DNA from: a virus
Lineage: Duplodnaviria; Caudoviricetes
Virus record (IMG/VR): IMGVR_UViG_3300003962_000006
Coordinates: 48,181-112,180 of that record
Strand: one strand, 5' to 3'
DNA length: 64,000 bases
In this document: positions 41,821 to 52,785 of the stretch, one piece after another
Numbering within the stretch: position 1 is the first letter of the stretch
Layout: each line of letters begins with the position of its first letter
Notes under the pieces: model-generated
Seen by the model: the letters and a program-made list of their open reading frames with translations, nothing else
What the model was told of the DNA's origin: nothing
Database searches by the model: none
Position numbers and translations under genes: made by a program

Positions 41821-42816
41821 AAATAAACTTTATTCGTGGCCAACCTCAGACTGGTTTTGTATTCCATTTTATAATGCTTATGATGATTGTAGATTTCAAA
41901 GAAATGCTTTTATAATTTCATCTATTGATGCTTGTTTTTTTGTTTTTTTCCTTAATTCAGACCTAAGAAAAACCAGCATTAATTCAATCAAGGTTTTTAA
42001 AATTTTATGAAATACATAAATTTCTATAACGGCTCGTATTTTGGATTGGTTATTCATTTTTATAGATTTTTTAGCAGACAGGTGTGCTTCGGTTCTTTTA
42101 TTATTGATGTAAGTTTTAAAAATGAAATGTTGTGGATGTATGATGGCGCTCTCATTTGCGAGCCTTTTGAAAAAGATCTTATAAAGGTTTTTAAGATTTT
42201 ATGAAAACTTTCTATAATGGGTTTAAAATAACAAAGCCAATCTTTTACGATAATAAAAGAAAATGGCCGTGGATTTCAACAGGCCAATTTATCAATTTTG
42301 GTTTTTGGTTTAGAATTGATGGTTATTCTTCCTCTACCCAAAAGAGGGACAATCTCTATGCTCTAACTTCTCTTGTTGCAACACACTATCCGACTTTAAA
42401 CAAAGATAATGTTAAACTTTTTAAAATTTTATGAAAAAAATAGGTTATTACTACGACGTCCTTAAAATAACGGATACCCGGTTTTTTAGTAATCTTTCTA
42501 AAAGAAGATTTGGGATTTGTGTTTTTGAAGGCTTTCTCGTCGGGCGGCTCACCTACGAGGAAACTTCAGGTGTAGACCAAAATTCCCTTATGATAGATTG
42601 CAATAAAATCAAGGTTTTTAAATTTTTATGAAAATTTTATGGTATTATGAATGTTTTAAAGAAATTATAATTAGAAGATTTCAAATTTATGATTGGGGAG
42701 GTTGTTATAATAATTTTTCAGTATTTTTTGATTTTCAAATGTCCGAAAAGACTTATTTTCCATTACCTTGGAATGGAACAAAGCGATTTATAAAAATCTT
42801 TAAACTTCTTCCTTGA
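41804..42816 (+). other. cluster of 5 IKLFKxL-family small ORFs
   Basis: Ends IKVFKIL (x2), VKLFKIL, IKVFKFL, IKIFKLLP; ATGA overlaps. Confidence 0.78.
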
Positions 42817-43183
42817 CTAACCTCAACAAACCCGCTAGGATGGTTTTGACAATGACAAAAGACATACAATTCGCAAAAATAACAATTTCCATTCCCGTTG
42901 AAGAGGTTCCCTCCGAGATGGGAAGAATTTTATACTCACCATCAATCAACATTGACGAAATTTACGATGAGTTTAGCGCATTGAGAACGATGCTCTCAAA
43001 TAAAAACATTTCTGTTGATTTTCTCGACCGGCTGGAGCAACTTCGGCTTCGGCTTTATCGAATTGATGTCGCTTTGAGCGACATTGAGCAAGTTATTTCC
43101 GGGTACTTTCAACTTAAATCAGGAAAAACCGAAGAAAAAAAAGAAGAGATAGAAATTATTGATGATGAGGAAGTCGAAAGTGC

Positions 43184-43212
43184 TTGACACCTCTGAAAAG
43201 GTCTTGTAACAT
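43184..43212 (+). promoter_or_regulatory. sigma70-type promoter
   Basis: TTGACA-17nt-TAACAT. Confidence 0.6.
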
Positions 43213-43841
43213 AACGAACAGCATAGGCAAACAAAAAAGGAGCAATTAAACAAATTATGGCAACCAAAAAGAAAAACAATCCGGTTTGGGAAGCAGAATA
43301 CAATAAGACTCATAAAGAAAAAGTTATGATGCTTACCGATGCTTTTTCGGACGAACGAAACGGGCTAAACAACCATCTCAACCGAGATGAATGGAGCGCT
43401 TATTTCAAGGCTTTGATTGAGAATCCTGATTCACTTCCGGACGAGGCCACAACCAAAAAGCTTTTTGATAAAAGCAAGGAGAACAACTATCTCGGCGAAG
43501 TTATTGAAAGCTACCTGAAAAATCTGACCTTGGAGTGGAAGTTCTCCGTTGAAGAGGTTGTTAATTTCGAGGACACCCGAGGAATTATTGTCGCGAAAGC
43601 GCCATACCTTCCTTACGCTTCTCCGGAAGGTCTTGTTTATTCCGTTCAAAAATACGGCGCAACCTCGCCACAATTGGCGACCCAGCGCCAACTTCTTCTT
43701 CTCAACCCACGATAATTTTCACGAAATCTCCTCGTTTGTTGAAAATGATGAGCGAGGAGATTTCTTTTCATTATGAAAAATCGTAGAATGCGTGGCCTCT
43801 CTTGAGGAGGAAATCAAGACTTTTCTCTATTTACGATAAGA

Positions 43842-44075
43842 ATGTTTTTAAAAGTTTATAAAATAAATGAAAATAAAAATCTTGAAGAGGTGCTCGTCAA
43901 TTCTAGCGAGATTTCATCTTGCGAGCTTTTTGATTTATCTTTTTTGGGTGTAAAATTAACTCACAAAGTTGCTTCTAAAATTCACTTAAAGAATGGTGGA
44001 GAATTTATTGTTTTTGAAAGTCTTGACAGCCTTGAACGAACCTTATTCAAGACTAGAACAATTCTTTTCGGGTAA
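43842..44075 (+). CDS. FlbD/SwrD-like small protein
   Basis: 'LVNSSEI...SKIHLKNG.EFIVFESLDSL' resembles the FlbD family pattern. Confidence 0.45.
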   Translation: MFLKVYKINENKNLEEVLVNSSEISSCELFDLSFLGVKLTHKVASKIHLKNGGEFIVFESLDSLERTLFKTRTILFG

Positions 44076-44077
44076 AA

Positions 44078-44953
44078 ATGATAAATTATAGAAGGCTTCA
44101 AGAAAATTTTAACAAGTATCGTCAAAGTCTTGATGAAAAAGCCAATTTGGATGTTGAAAATTTGGCGATTTATTCTCAAAAATTTGGTTCATCCAACATT
44201 TTTTATCTTTATGATTATCGCGCATTTGCTGCGAATTATCTTGGTGGGGAGACTGGATGGGAAAAGATTGTCCTAGGAATGATTGATTTTGGCCCAAGTC
44301 GGGAAGTTACAGATGAAACTCCTTGTTTTTCCACATCTTCCAAAACAATTGTTTATGAAGTTCACCGAGTTGTCGCTCAAAACAAACTTGGACCTCTTCT
44401 TTATGACCTTGCGCTTGTCTTTGCAAGCCAGGTTGGCGGAGTCGGCTTGATGGCCGACCGAGCGATTGTTCGACCGGAAGCTCAAAGGATTTATAACGCT
44501 TGGTTTAAATCCAAAAAAGGAGCGACTGGAATTAATGTCTCTGCCATTAAAATGGATAAACCCCCGCCAGAAAACCGAACAACGCCGACTATTGATGATT
44601 GTGTTGTTCATGACGAAGAACAATTTGATCCTTCGGTCAATTACTTGTATCGAACAACTTCGCAGAGTTCTATTCTCGAAGGGCTTATCAAAAACCATCA
44701 AAAAGTTATTGATTTGGTTTCAAAGGAGACGCTCATAAAGAAAGGCGAGCTGGAACAACAAATTACCGATGAGGCCACCGAACTCTGGAAATCAAATTTC
44801 AACGAAGAAGAAGATTATCAAAGAAAGATAAAAAAAGGATACGAAAAAAAGAAGCGACAATTAATAGGGCTTGGCGGAAACCGCGATTCAGGGTACTATC
44901 AAGTCAAGAATGCCTTCTACAAAAGATCGAAAAATGCCCCAGAAGGGTTTTAA
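44078..44953 (+). CDS. hypothetical protein with GNAT-like segment
   Basis: 'V..V.A..KLGPLLYDLA......GLMADR..V..EA..IY' resembles GNAT motifs A/B. Confidence 0.4.
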   Translation: MINYRRLQENFNKYRQSLDEKANLDVENLAIYSQKFGSSNIFYLYDYRAFAANYLGGETGWEKIVLGMIDFGPSREVTDETPCFSTSSKTIVYEVHRVVAQNKLGPLLYDLALVFASQVGGVGLMADRAIVRPEAQRIYNAWFKSKKGATGINVSAIKMDKPPPENRTTPTIDDCVVHDEEQFDPSVNYLYRTTSQSSILEGLIKNHQKVIDLVSKETLIKKGELEQQITDEATELWKSNFNEEEDYQRKIKKGYEKKKRQLIGLGGNRDSGYYQVKNAFYKRSKNAPEGF

Positions 44954-45418
44954 GAATGGTGAAGGTGTTTTTGTCGCAAAATTATCGAAATTTTCCATAG
45001 GAAATTATCAATACAAATTGTTTTTTCGTTTTTATTCTTTTTCAAAAGAACTTGTCTTGTTTCATCAACGACGGGAGTCTATTTTTGATTTAAATTACGC
45101 AACTCTTGGAAACTCTCCGCAAAGTTTTATCAAGGTTTTCAAGCTTTTATGAAATTAAAGGAAAGATTAATTATCTTTAATACGGGTTTTACCGAAGTTT
45201 TGTATTTTTTTCGTTATGGATTTGAAACTCGCTATGTTTTTTGTAAAAGTATTGGAATTTATTTACAAGGTTTTAATCTAGATTATACTTCTTTAAGATT
45301 TCCCACGCCGGGTTCATTTAGCGAGGAAATTATTTGGGGAAAACAAGATAATCTTAAACATAAGCATCGATTTTCTGTTTTAAGTAAACAGATAATTTCA
45401 TTATTTAAGGTTGTATGA
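44934..45418 (+). other. 2 IKLFKxL-family small ORFs (others at 45739-45942 and 48700-48915)
   Basis: Ends IKVFKLL, ISLFKVV. Confidence 0.65.
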
Positions 45419-46025
45419 AAAAAGTAAAATACCATCTTCTTGAAAAACAGAAATTTTCTTATCACGCAAAACAATTTTCTTATTTTTGTCTTCTTGGGAT
45501 TTTATGGATTTTTCGTTATGTCTTTAACCCAAAATGTGATGTTAATTCGTCATTTTACAAATTCTATTTTAAGACAATTTCCAAGATTGCCATTCCAATC
45601 ACAGAATACGAAATGTTTTTAAATTCTTTAAATGAAGAAAGAGAAATTTTGGAAATAGATAGACAAGAAGCAAAAAAAATTGATAAAATCCTTGATAAAG
45701 TTGTAAAAAACAAAGAGCCAATCATCTGGAATTAAAAAATGAGATTTTTAAGAGGAAGAATTAATCAAACAACTTTAACGATAAACGTCTTTAAAAATAA
45801 GAGTTTTTATCTTGAGAGAATAAATAAATGTCATCTTGATTTTGACCGCGACCAAGTTTCATTTTATTATTTTTATCCTATTATTATTTTTGATCTCTTC
45901 TCAAAAAACGAAATAAAGGAATTTTTAATGCTTCGTCTGTGATTTTTCGCTTGACCAACGCTAAACAACCCCATTAAGGTTCTATTCAAGATGATGAAAA
46001 CATCATCAAAACAAAAGGAAAACAA

Positions 46026-47171
46026 ATGAGCACCAAACAAAAAAAGAAAACCTCCTCTCGTATTACCACCTCTTTCCGTGAAGTTTCAATTCTCGCCCCC
46101 CGCATTGCGGCAACTCACAAGCCAATTCTTTTGCGAGGGCCACACGGCGTGGGCAAGAGCGAAGTTGTCTATCAGCTCGCCAAACCTTTCGCAAAGGCTT
46201 TGGGACTTATCGATAAGTATCCTCAAGGCCTTCCTGTGGTCGAGCGGCGTTTAAGCCAGTGCCCGGACGCAGGCGACTTGACCGGTTTGCCCGAAATTCG
46301 AGATGGAGTGACCCATCTTAACCCGATGGATTGGTTTAACCGAATTTGTCTTGAGCCTTGCCTGTTCTTTGCCGACGAAATTGACCGGGCCATGCCGGAT
46401 GTTCGACAGGCGTTCTTCGAGATTACCGACTCTCGCAAGGTCGCTGGTCGGCTCCTGCACAAGGACACTATCATCGTCGGGGCCATTAACGGCGGAACGG
46501 AAAATGCGAACAACTATCAAGTTGGCGAAATGGACCCTGCCGAACTTGACCGCTGGGTTGTTTTTGATGTTTCTCCGACCGTTTCGGAGTGGCTAGAATA
46601 CGCCAACGCTCAACGAGTCAATCCAATGATTACGGAATTTATTCAGAGCGCCAATGAGCACCTGGAACACGACGGGGAAAACTTCATTCCTGGAAAGATT
46701 TACCCTTCTCGGCGTTCCTGGTTCCGGCTGAACGAAGTTTTGGAGGAAAAGGATTTGGAAGAGGCGAAATCGTATCTTCCAACTCTTTTGAACGCTTATG
46801 TCGGCCAAGAGGCGAGTCTTGCTTTTTACGAATTTGTTCGCCAGTATTCCAAGGAGGTTTCTATTGAGGATGTTATTACCAACGGAAAATTCTCTCCTTT
46901 GAAAAACTGGAAACAGGTTGAATTCACGAAATTCATGGACAAGATGTATAACCATGCTATAATGGATGAGAAATTGTCGAATACGCAAAAGCAGAATTTC
47001 GTAAGGCTTTTCAAAATGCTTTCGGCGGAAACCAAAATCACTGTATTCCAAAATCTTTCTGCAAAGAAGATTGGATTTTGGATGCAAGTTGAAGGTTTGT
47101 TGAGCAAAGAAATCGTTGAATTGACCAGGAATTCGCTTATTCATCCAAACGACATGACCGGGAAGGACTAA
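46026..47171 (+). CDS. MoxR-like AAA+ ATPase
   Basis: Walker A 'GPHGVGKS', Walker B 'FADEIDRA', 'MDPAELDRW', 'PSRRSW'. Confidence 0.88.
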   Translation: MSTKQKKKTSSRITTSFREVSILAPRIAATHKPILLRGPHGVGKSEVVYQLAKPFAKALGLIDKYPQGLPVVERRLSQCPDAGDLTGLPEIRDGVTHLNPMDWFNRICLEPCLFFADEIDRAMPDVRQAFFEITDSRKVAGRLLHKDTIIVGAINGGTENANNYQVGEMDPAELDRWVVFDVSPTVSEWLEYANAQRVNPMITEFIQSANEHLEHDGENFIPGKIYPSRRSWFRLNEVLEEKDLEEAKSYLPTLLNAYVGQEASLAFYEFVRQYSKEVSIEDVITNGKFSPLKNWKQVEFTKFMDKMYNHAIMDEKLSNTQKQNFVRLFKMLSAETKITVFQNLSAKKIGFWMQVEGLLSKEIVELTRNSLIHPNDMTGKD

Positions 47172-47172
47172 A

Positions 47173-48444
47173 ATGGAAAACAAAGAAGACGAGTTGGTTA
47201 TTCCAAAGAGCGAAAAAAATCGGCTTGTTGAGAGTTGGTTTTTTGAACTTCTCCAGGAAGAACCCTTTTATGGAAAAATTCTTCAATACATTAATAAAAT
47301 TGAAGACCCGAAAATTCCAACCATCTCAATAGGTCTTTCTCGTCAAGAGATGTGCTATCAAATTTTTTACAACTTTGATTTTCTTGCATCTTTGACCAAA
47401 AAAGCGAGAATTGGAATTTTGTTGCACGAACTGTTTCATGCGATTTTTAACCATGTTCCATTTCGTTTCTTCAACGGAATTCCTCACCACCTGCAAAACA
47501 TGGCGATGGATTTGTCCATCAATGGTTTGGAGGGACTAAAAGAGAGAATTTCCGGAATGCCTCACGTCTGTATCCCCGGCGAGGGAATGTTTAAAAGTAT
47601 GGCTTCCGGGCTTCTGTTCGAGCATTATTTAAATCTTCTTCTCGAAGAGCAGAAGAAGGAGCCAGATAAATTTAAAGGCTTTAAGACTCCGGATTCTCAC
47701 GAATACGTTATTGGAGATGGGAATGGTGATGGTGAAGGATTTGAAAATCTCCCTGATGATGTCAAAGAGCAAATTGAACAAATCGCTAAACAGCGACTAA
47801 AAGATGTTGTTGGGGAGGTCTATAAAAAGACCAAAGAGTTGGAGCAAATAACCGGCGATACGAAACTTTGGGGTTCCGGCTCCGCCATTATTTCCAGAAT
47901 TTTGGAATCCGTTTTCAAGCAAGCGGAAGCTTCTCCTGAACAAATCTTGAAGTATTTCCTAACTTCGGTTAGGGATAATAAAAAGAAGAAGTCGTGGACG
48001 AGAATTAATAGGAGAAATCCTATGAAAAAACCGTCTCACTTAAAAACCAAGAAACCGCAAGTCGCAATTGCGATTGATGAAAGCGGTTCGGTCAGCGATG
48101 AAATGTTTACCTGGTTTTACAGGTTCATGGAGCAATTTGCGAGCATTCTTGAATTTACTTTTATTCCTTTTGATGATGGGGTCTTTGAAGACCAGATTTA
48201 CAAATGGAAAAAAGGAACAAAGCACGCTTGCGAACGAGTTCTCCAAGGAGGAACAAATTTCGATGCTCCGACGGACTATGTTAATGAGCACAAATTTGAT
48301 GGTTTTATCATCATGACGGACATGTGTGCGCCAACTCCCGGACCGAGCAAATGCCCAAGGTTGTGGATTACCACTGAAAATTGTTTAGGTGACTCCGCTC
48401 TTAGCGTTGCAAATGGAGAAAAAATTGTCGCAATTAAAACATGA
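47173..48444 (+). CDS. metallopeptidase-vWA domain protein (DUF2201-type)
   Basis: HELFH; MIDAS 'IDESGS'; 'GGTNF', 'MTD'; partner of the AAA gene. Confidence 0.85.
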   Translation: MENKEDELVIPKSEKNRLVESWFFELLQEEPFYGKILQYINKIEDPKIPTISIGLSRQEMCYQIFYNFDFLASLTKKARIGILLHELFHAIFNHVPFRFFNGIPHHLQNMAMDLSINGLEGLKERISGMPHVCIPGEGMFKSMASGLLFEHYLNLLLEEQKKEPDKFKGFKTPDSHEYVIGDGNGDGEGFENLPDDVKEQIEQIAKQRLKDVVGEVYKKTKELEQITGDTKLWGSGSAIISRILESVFKQAEASPEQILKYFLTSVRDNKKKKSWTRINRRNPMKKPSHLKTKKPQVAIAIDESGSVSDEMFTWFYRFMEQFASILEFTFIPFDDGVFEDQIYKWKKGTKHACERVLQGGTNFDAPTDYVNEHKFDGFIIMTDMCAPTPGPSKCPRLWITTENCLGDSALSVANGEKIVAIKT

Positions 48445-49334
48445 TAAAACAAAGGAACTTTCTCATTTCCTTAAAGAAAACCTTAAAAAGCATTTTTCCA
48501 AAAATGATTTGGAGATGATTTCATCTTTTATTTCATTTGAAGAAAATGAGAAAGTTTCATCTTTCTTCTTTGCGAAAGAACAAAGCAAGATTTTTTATAA
48601 TCCTGAAATTCTAACTGTTGATGAAAATGGTTGGGATTATAAAAGCATCTTTGAGATTGATTTACAAAACGCCTTGCAGGATTTCGAGGATTTTATTGAA
48701 TGCGGAAATCAACTCAATTAAAGGGGATTTTTATAAATCCTGAATGTTTGATGATTTATTTTTTCATCAATAAAGATAAAGAAAATTCCTTTTCATTTTA
48801 CAAAGAGGAATTACGAAAAGCTAAATTTCCCTATTCTGGGTTTTTAAAGCCTGGAAAGTTGTTTTGCGAAAAACAAGAAATTAAAAATTTTCGTATGCTT
48901 AACAAAGCATCTTGACAAGAGACGGAAGCCATGAGAGACTAATTCAAAGGAGCAACGAATAAATGAGCCAAAATGTTATGAATACCACCAAAGAACAAAT
49001 CGAGGCAGCTCGAAAACTTCTGGAGCACGACCCTTACGCCTATCGAAAAAAGTGCACCCCCGCCAAGTTTGGCGAATTGGAGCACGGCGACATGTACGAG
49101 TATGGCGCCGAAGGTGATTGGTTTGTTAAAATCAATCCCACGGAGCACATTTTCACTAAAAGCAAAGTCAATTCTGTTGAGGTTTCACCTTGGGCAGAAC
49201 AACTTTGGTTTAAAGACGACATGCCGGTCTTGACCATCATTAAGAAGGATGAATGGAAAACCTTGTTCGAGTGGGTTAATGAAATGCAGAAGAAGGGTTA
49301 CATCAACCCCGAAGAAGATGATGAGTGATTTGGG

Positions 49335-49377
49335 AAAGTTAAGCAATCTGTAATGGGTTGCTTAACTTTCTATTTTT
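49335..49377 (+). terminator. hairpin / likely terminator upstream of the tRNA-like gene
   Basis: gaaagttaagcaa/ttgcttaactttc stem followed by tattttt. Confidence 0.6.
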
Positions 49378-49454
49378 AGGAGCATATCTCCTTGCGCTTC
49401 TAACGCATTGAAAGAGTAAATGGATACATGAGGGTTCGACTCCCTCTGCTCCTA
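49378..49454 (+). tRNA. atypical tRNA-Arg(UCU)-like RNA lacking a normal D arm
   Basis: Acceptor AGGAGCA/TGCTCCT+A; T arm GAGGG-TTCGACT-CCCTC; anticodon stem TGCG/CGCA with loop CT-TCT-AA. Confidence 0.65.
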
Positions 49455-49637
49455 CTTTATGAAAACCACATTATCAATCTGCAAGTACCTTTTAAGCGTT
49501 TTATTGATTTGCTCTTTCGTGCTCGCGCTATTCTTTTTAAGCATAAACGAAGGTTGGCGGGCTCTTTTCGAAATCGGTAAATGCTTTTTTGGTTTTGCAT
49601 TTCTATACTTGGTAGGCCAGGCTGAAAAGAAAATAAA

Positions 49638-50862
49638 ATGAAAAAGCGAGTTGGTTTTTCTTCTTATTATTTAAGAATTCCTATCTATTCTTGGCTTGGT
49701 GATGATAGTTTCGCGGTCTGGAATGACTTTGCGGAGGTGAACAGCTTATTTGAGATTATTGGAGAAAAGTACAGATTGTGCTTTTTTTCATCGAAAGGCT
49801 TGATCAAGGTGTTCAAAACACTATGAAAACATTTATTTTTTTAACAAGCCGAGCCATTCGAATTAATAGATATTTTTTATTTAATTTTGATTTTTCATCT
49901 CAGGGGGATTTCTTCTATTCAATAGAAAATTATTTCGAGTTAAACCATAATTATCTACCCAAATGTGATTGCGACATCACGAAAAAGATGGTAGCCTTGT
50001 TCAAGGTCCTATGAAAGACGACGAGTATCCATACATTCAGGTTTTTTTTGATGTCTATGAAAAGAATTTTTTAGGTTCTTATCAGCTTATCTGTTCATTC
50101 ATTCAAGAATGGGACGCTGTTGATTATTGCCGGAAAAAGAACGGAAAAAGTCTTTTAAGCTCTTATTCTTACCGACAAAGGATTGTTAAATGAAAAATCA
50201 ATTGGAGATTTTATACCATCAAGGTTCCAGTCGGGAAGATGGTGCCGAACCCTATTATGAGCTTATTGTTTTTGTGATGGCTTCTTTTGAAAAACTTGAT
50301 TATTATTGCGCTTCTTTATTTGGGTACTCACATAAAGTATTTGTGCCAGGAACTTCTTTATTTACCGAAAAAACAATTAAGCTCTTTAAAACCTTATGAA
50401 AACCATTTTTTATGCTTTGTGGGATGATGTTGATAATTTCTATCCAATAAAGCATTTTTTTTGTTATTATGAAGTTGTTAGAGCTAATCTTCCAAAATCT
50501 GTCGGAGGAACTTATCTTTTTAGAGACCAATTCGTTTCTTCTTTTGGAACTTGCCAAGACAATCCTCCCAAAGACTTTTCAAAAACCCTTATTAAACTCT
50601 TTAAAACATTATGAAAAAAATAATTGTAACTTATTGGGGCCGCTGCGGCGAAGAACACCAAGAAAATTTTTTTTATCTTAGAAAATACACGATTTTTACA
50701 AACGCTTCTCTGCGCATACAGTTTAAGCTTGGAACTGGTTGTTTATTCATCTTTATTTCCAAATTCTTTCACGGAGAACCTCTTCCGGATGTTTCGAAAA
50801 CCCCTATCAAACTTTTTTCGCTTCTCAAAGACGATTTGCTATTGACCGCGCCCGAAAAATGA
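49638..50862 (+). other. cluster of 5 IKLFKxL-family small ORFs (one unrelated ORF interleaved)
   Basis: Ends IKVFKTL, VALFKVL, IKLFKTL (x2), IKLFSLL... Confidence 0.72.
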
Positions 50863-50925
50863 TGAATGATGGATTTAACGATGCAATCAAGCATCGCAAT
50901 TAAAAAGAAAGAAAGAGAAAATTTT

Positions 50926-51405
50926 ATGAACACCACCGAAAATGAATTGATTGTTTCGACCGAAACCTTGGCGACCGACGTTGAGGTTCTTGCTGACCTT
51001 GCTGATGAGACCGTCGCGTCTTTGTCGGCCATCGAGCAGGCTGCCCTGGAAATGGGCGTCATCATGGCCAAGCCTTCGAGCGCCGATGAGGCCTCTAGCG
51101 AGGCTCCAAACGGTTCGGAGGCCGCCAAGGCCCCACGCAAGGGACGACAGCCCGGAATCGCTCACGAGCGATTTATGGCGGTTTGGGAGGCTTCGGCCAG
51201 CCTTGACGAGGTTTGCGCGACCTTGGGGATTAACAAAACCGTTGCCTCGGCTCGTGCGACCCAGCTTCGCGCCAAGGGGCAGACCTTGAAGAGCTTTCCT
51301 CGCGGCCGGCGGAAGGGGCAGACTCTTGCCCCGAGCCAGACCAAGGCGGCTCTCCGGGCCGAAGTTGCGAGCCTGCGAAGCCTGCTCGGCAAAGCGACCG
51401 CTTGA
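50926..51405 (+). CDS. GC-rich gene for a putative HTH DNA-binding protein
   Basis: 'FMAVWEASASLDEVCATLG...ASARATQLRAKG' followed by 'PRGRRK'. Confidence 0.55.
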   Translation: MNTTENELIVSTETLATDVEVLADLADETVASLSAIEQAALEMGVIMAKPSSADEASSEAPNGSEAAKAPRKGRQPGIAHERFMAVWEASASLDEVCATLGINKTVASARATQLRAKGQTLKSFPRGRRKGQTLAPSQTKAALRAEVASLRSLLGKATA

Positions 51406-51430
51406 CAGAGTTGCGCAAGGTTGTTATGGT
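51402..51430 (+). promoter_or_regulatory. sigma70-type promoter upstream of tRNA-Leu
   Basis: TTGACA-17nt-TATGGT. Confidence 0.65.
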
Positions 51431-51540
51431 TTGATTAACGAAATGGGCAACAACAAACGCCTTTCGAGATTTGTTGGGTTTTGCTTTTCTCCAAAAAAAA
51501 GCATTTGCCTCTGTGGTGAAATGGTAGACACAGGAGACTT

Positions 51541-52244
51541 AGAGAGAAATTGAGCGCTTATGGAGAAATCCATAAGATGTAAAGCGTCAAATTCGGGGAA
51601 ACCTAACGAGGTAAAATTCAAAGGCAATCCCGAGCTAAGCAAGAGGAGAAATTATCGTTTTTTACTTCGAAAAGTATCGGTTTGTGAATGGCAGTTAGGA
51701 CATAAAATTCTCAAGTTAGAGAGAGTATTATCTAAATGGTTTCCATTTATGTGGTCTAATTCTAAACTAATTTTTTTGCCGAGCCATTCTTCAATTCCAC
51801 AAATAGAGCATTTGTGCTCTAAAATACCTTCGCGGAAAAGGCGATGTTTCAATTTATAAGATTGAATTGGAAAACTATTATTTAGATACTCATTTATGTT
51901 TCGCTTTGGAGAAAATGTTTTATTTTTGCTCCATCCGCGGCCAGTAAAATGAGAGGCATCCAGGTTGAAAAATTTGATTGCTTTTTTTAAAGTATGATAA
52001 TTTCCGCCCGCTGGTTTAATCTTTAACAAGACTAAAACCTGCGCATAAGAAAAAGATTTTTCAACAGCGGATTGTAATTGTTCTAATGTGTATTTTTTTA
52101 ATTTCATTCTTTCCTCTTGAAAGTGTAGAGACTTGACGGCGCTTACCTAAATCTGCTATGATAGCAGAAATGGTAAAGAGAAAGTCCAGACCACAAACAC
52201 CTTTCCCTAAATAGGAAGGTGCCTAAGAAATTAGGAGTGGTAAG
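51541..52244 (+). ncRNA. group I intron (IC3, tRNA-Leu type)
   Basis: After U and ending in G; core elements 'AAATTCGGGGAA', 'AATCCCGAGC', 'GTGTAGAGACTTGA', 'GAGAAAGTCC' match cyanobacterial/plastid trnL introns. Confidence 0.9.
51652..52107 (-). CDS. HNH homing endonuclease, antisense inside the intron
   Basis: 'CSICG...LELDHINGNHLDN.LSNLRILCPNCH'; SD GAGGA on the - strand. Confidence 0.9.
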   Translation of the reverse strand: MKLKKYTLEQLQSAVEKSFSYAQVLVLLKIKPAGGNYHTLKKAIKFFNLDASHFTGRGWSKNKTFSPKRNINEYLNNSFPIQSYKLKHRLFREGILEHKCSICGIEEWLGKKISLELDHINGNHLDNTLSNLRILCPNCHSQTDTFRSKKR

Positions 52245-52329
52245 AAAATCTCCCGCCCGAAAAGGCGTGCTGGTTCGAATCCGGCCAGGGGCATTCCCAA
52301 AATTGGGAAAATCAAAAAGGAAATAATAA

Positions 52330-52785
52330 ATGACGACTTCAAAGAAAACCAAAGCACCAAAGAAATCCCTTAAAAAGATTTTGAAGGAAAAACAAGAACC
52401 AAAAACCAAAAGCGAACGAAAGCTTGAGCGGCGTTTTTCAAAGAGCCGAAAAGAAGATTTGCCGATGCAAACCGAAGGAGCATCTTATCATCACTTCATA
52501 AAGGCTGGCGTTTCAATCGCTTGCATTCCTCTTAATGAAAAAGAGGTTGCCGTCGGTCTTGCACTAAAGCATCGAAATGACCCGACCTTCAACCGACCAC
52601 TTTCTCGAAAGATTGCGGAAGGCCGGGCGCGTTTGCAGCGTCGAGGCTCTTTCCGGGCGATTGTTGGTTTGGATTTCTTGAAAGAAAACATTTCTCAAGC
52701 CCGAAAATACGAAGAGCACGGTCAAAACGCTCTTGCGCGAAAAGTTATTGCTGGCATCATCGGTCTCTCGGGGGAAAAAGTCTAA
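52330..52785 (+). CDS. hypothetical basic phage protein
   Basis: 151-aa ORF with SD. Confidence 0.55.
   Translation: MTTSKKTKAPKKSLKKILKEKQEPKTKSERKLERRFSKSRKEDLPMQTEGASYHHFIKAGVSIACIPLNEKEVAVGLALKHRNDPTFNRPLSRKIAEGRARLQRRGSFRAIVGLDFLKENISQARKYEEHGQNALARKVIAGIIGLSGEKV

Larger units (their letters stand above)
51507..52293 (+). tRNA. trnL: tRNA-Leu(UAA) split by a group I intron (exons 51507-51540 and 52245-52293)
   Basis: Acceptor GCCTCTG/CAGGGGC+A; D loop 'AAATGGTAGA'; spliced anticodon arm GGAGA-CTT|AAAA-TCTCC; long variable arm; GGTTCGAATCC. Confidence 0.92.

Noticed and set aside
41804-42816. Recurring junction ..TTTAAA...TTATGAAA every ~200 bp read as a CRISPR array or dif/attC cassette sites
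   Set aside because: Copies are degenerate with codon-like variation and the intervening DNA is open reading frame. No cas, integrase or 11-6-11 dif geometry is seen. A DNA-level role is not fully excluded.
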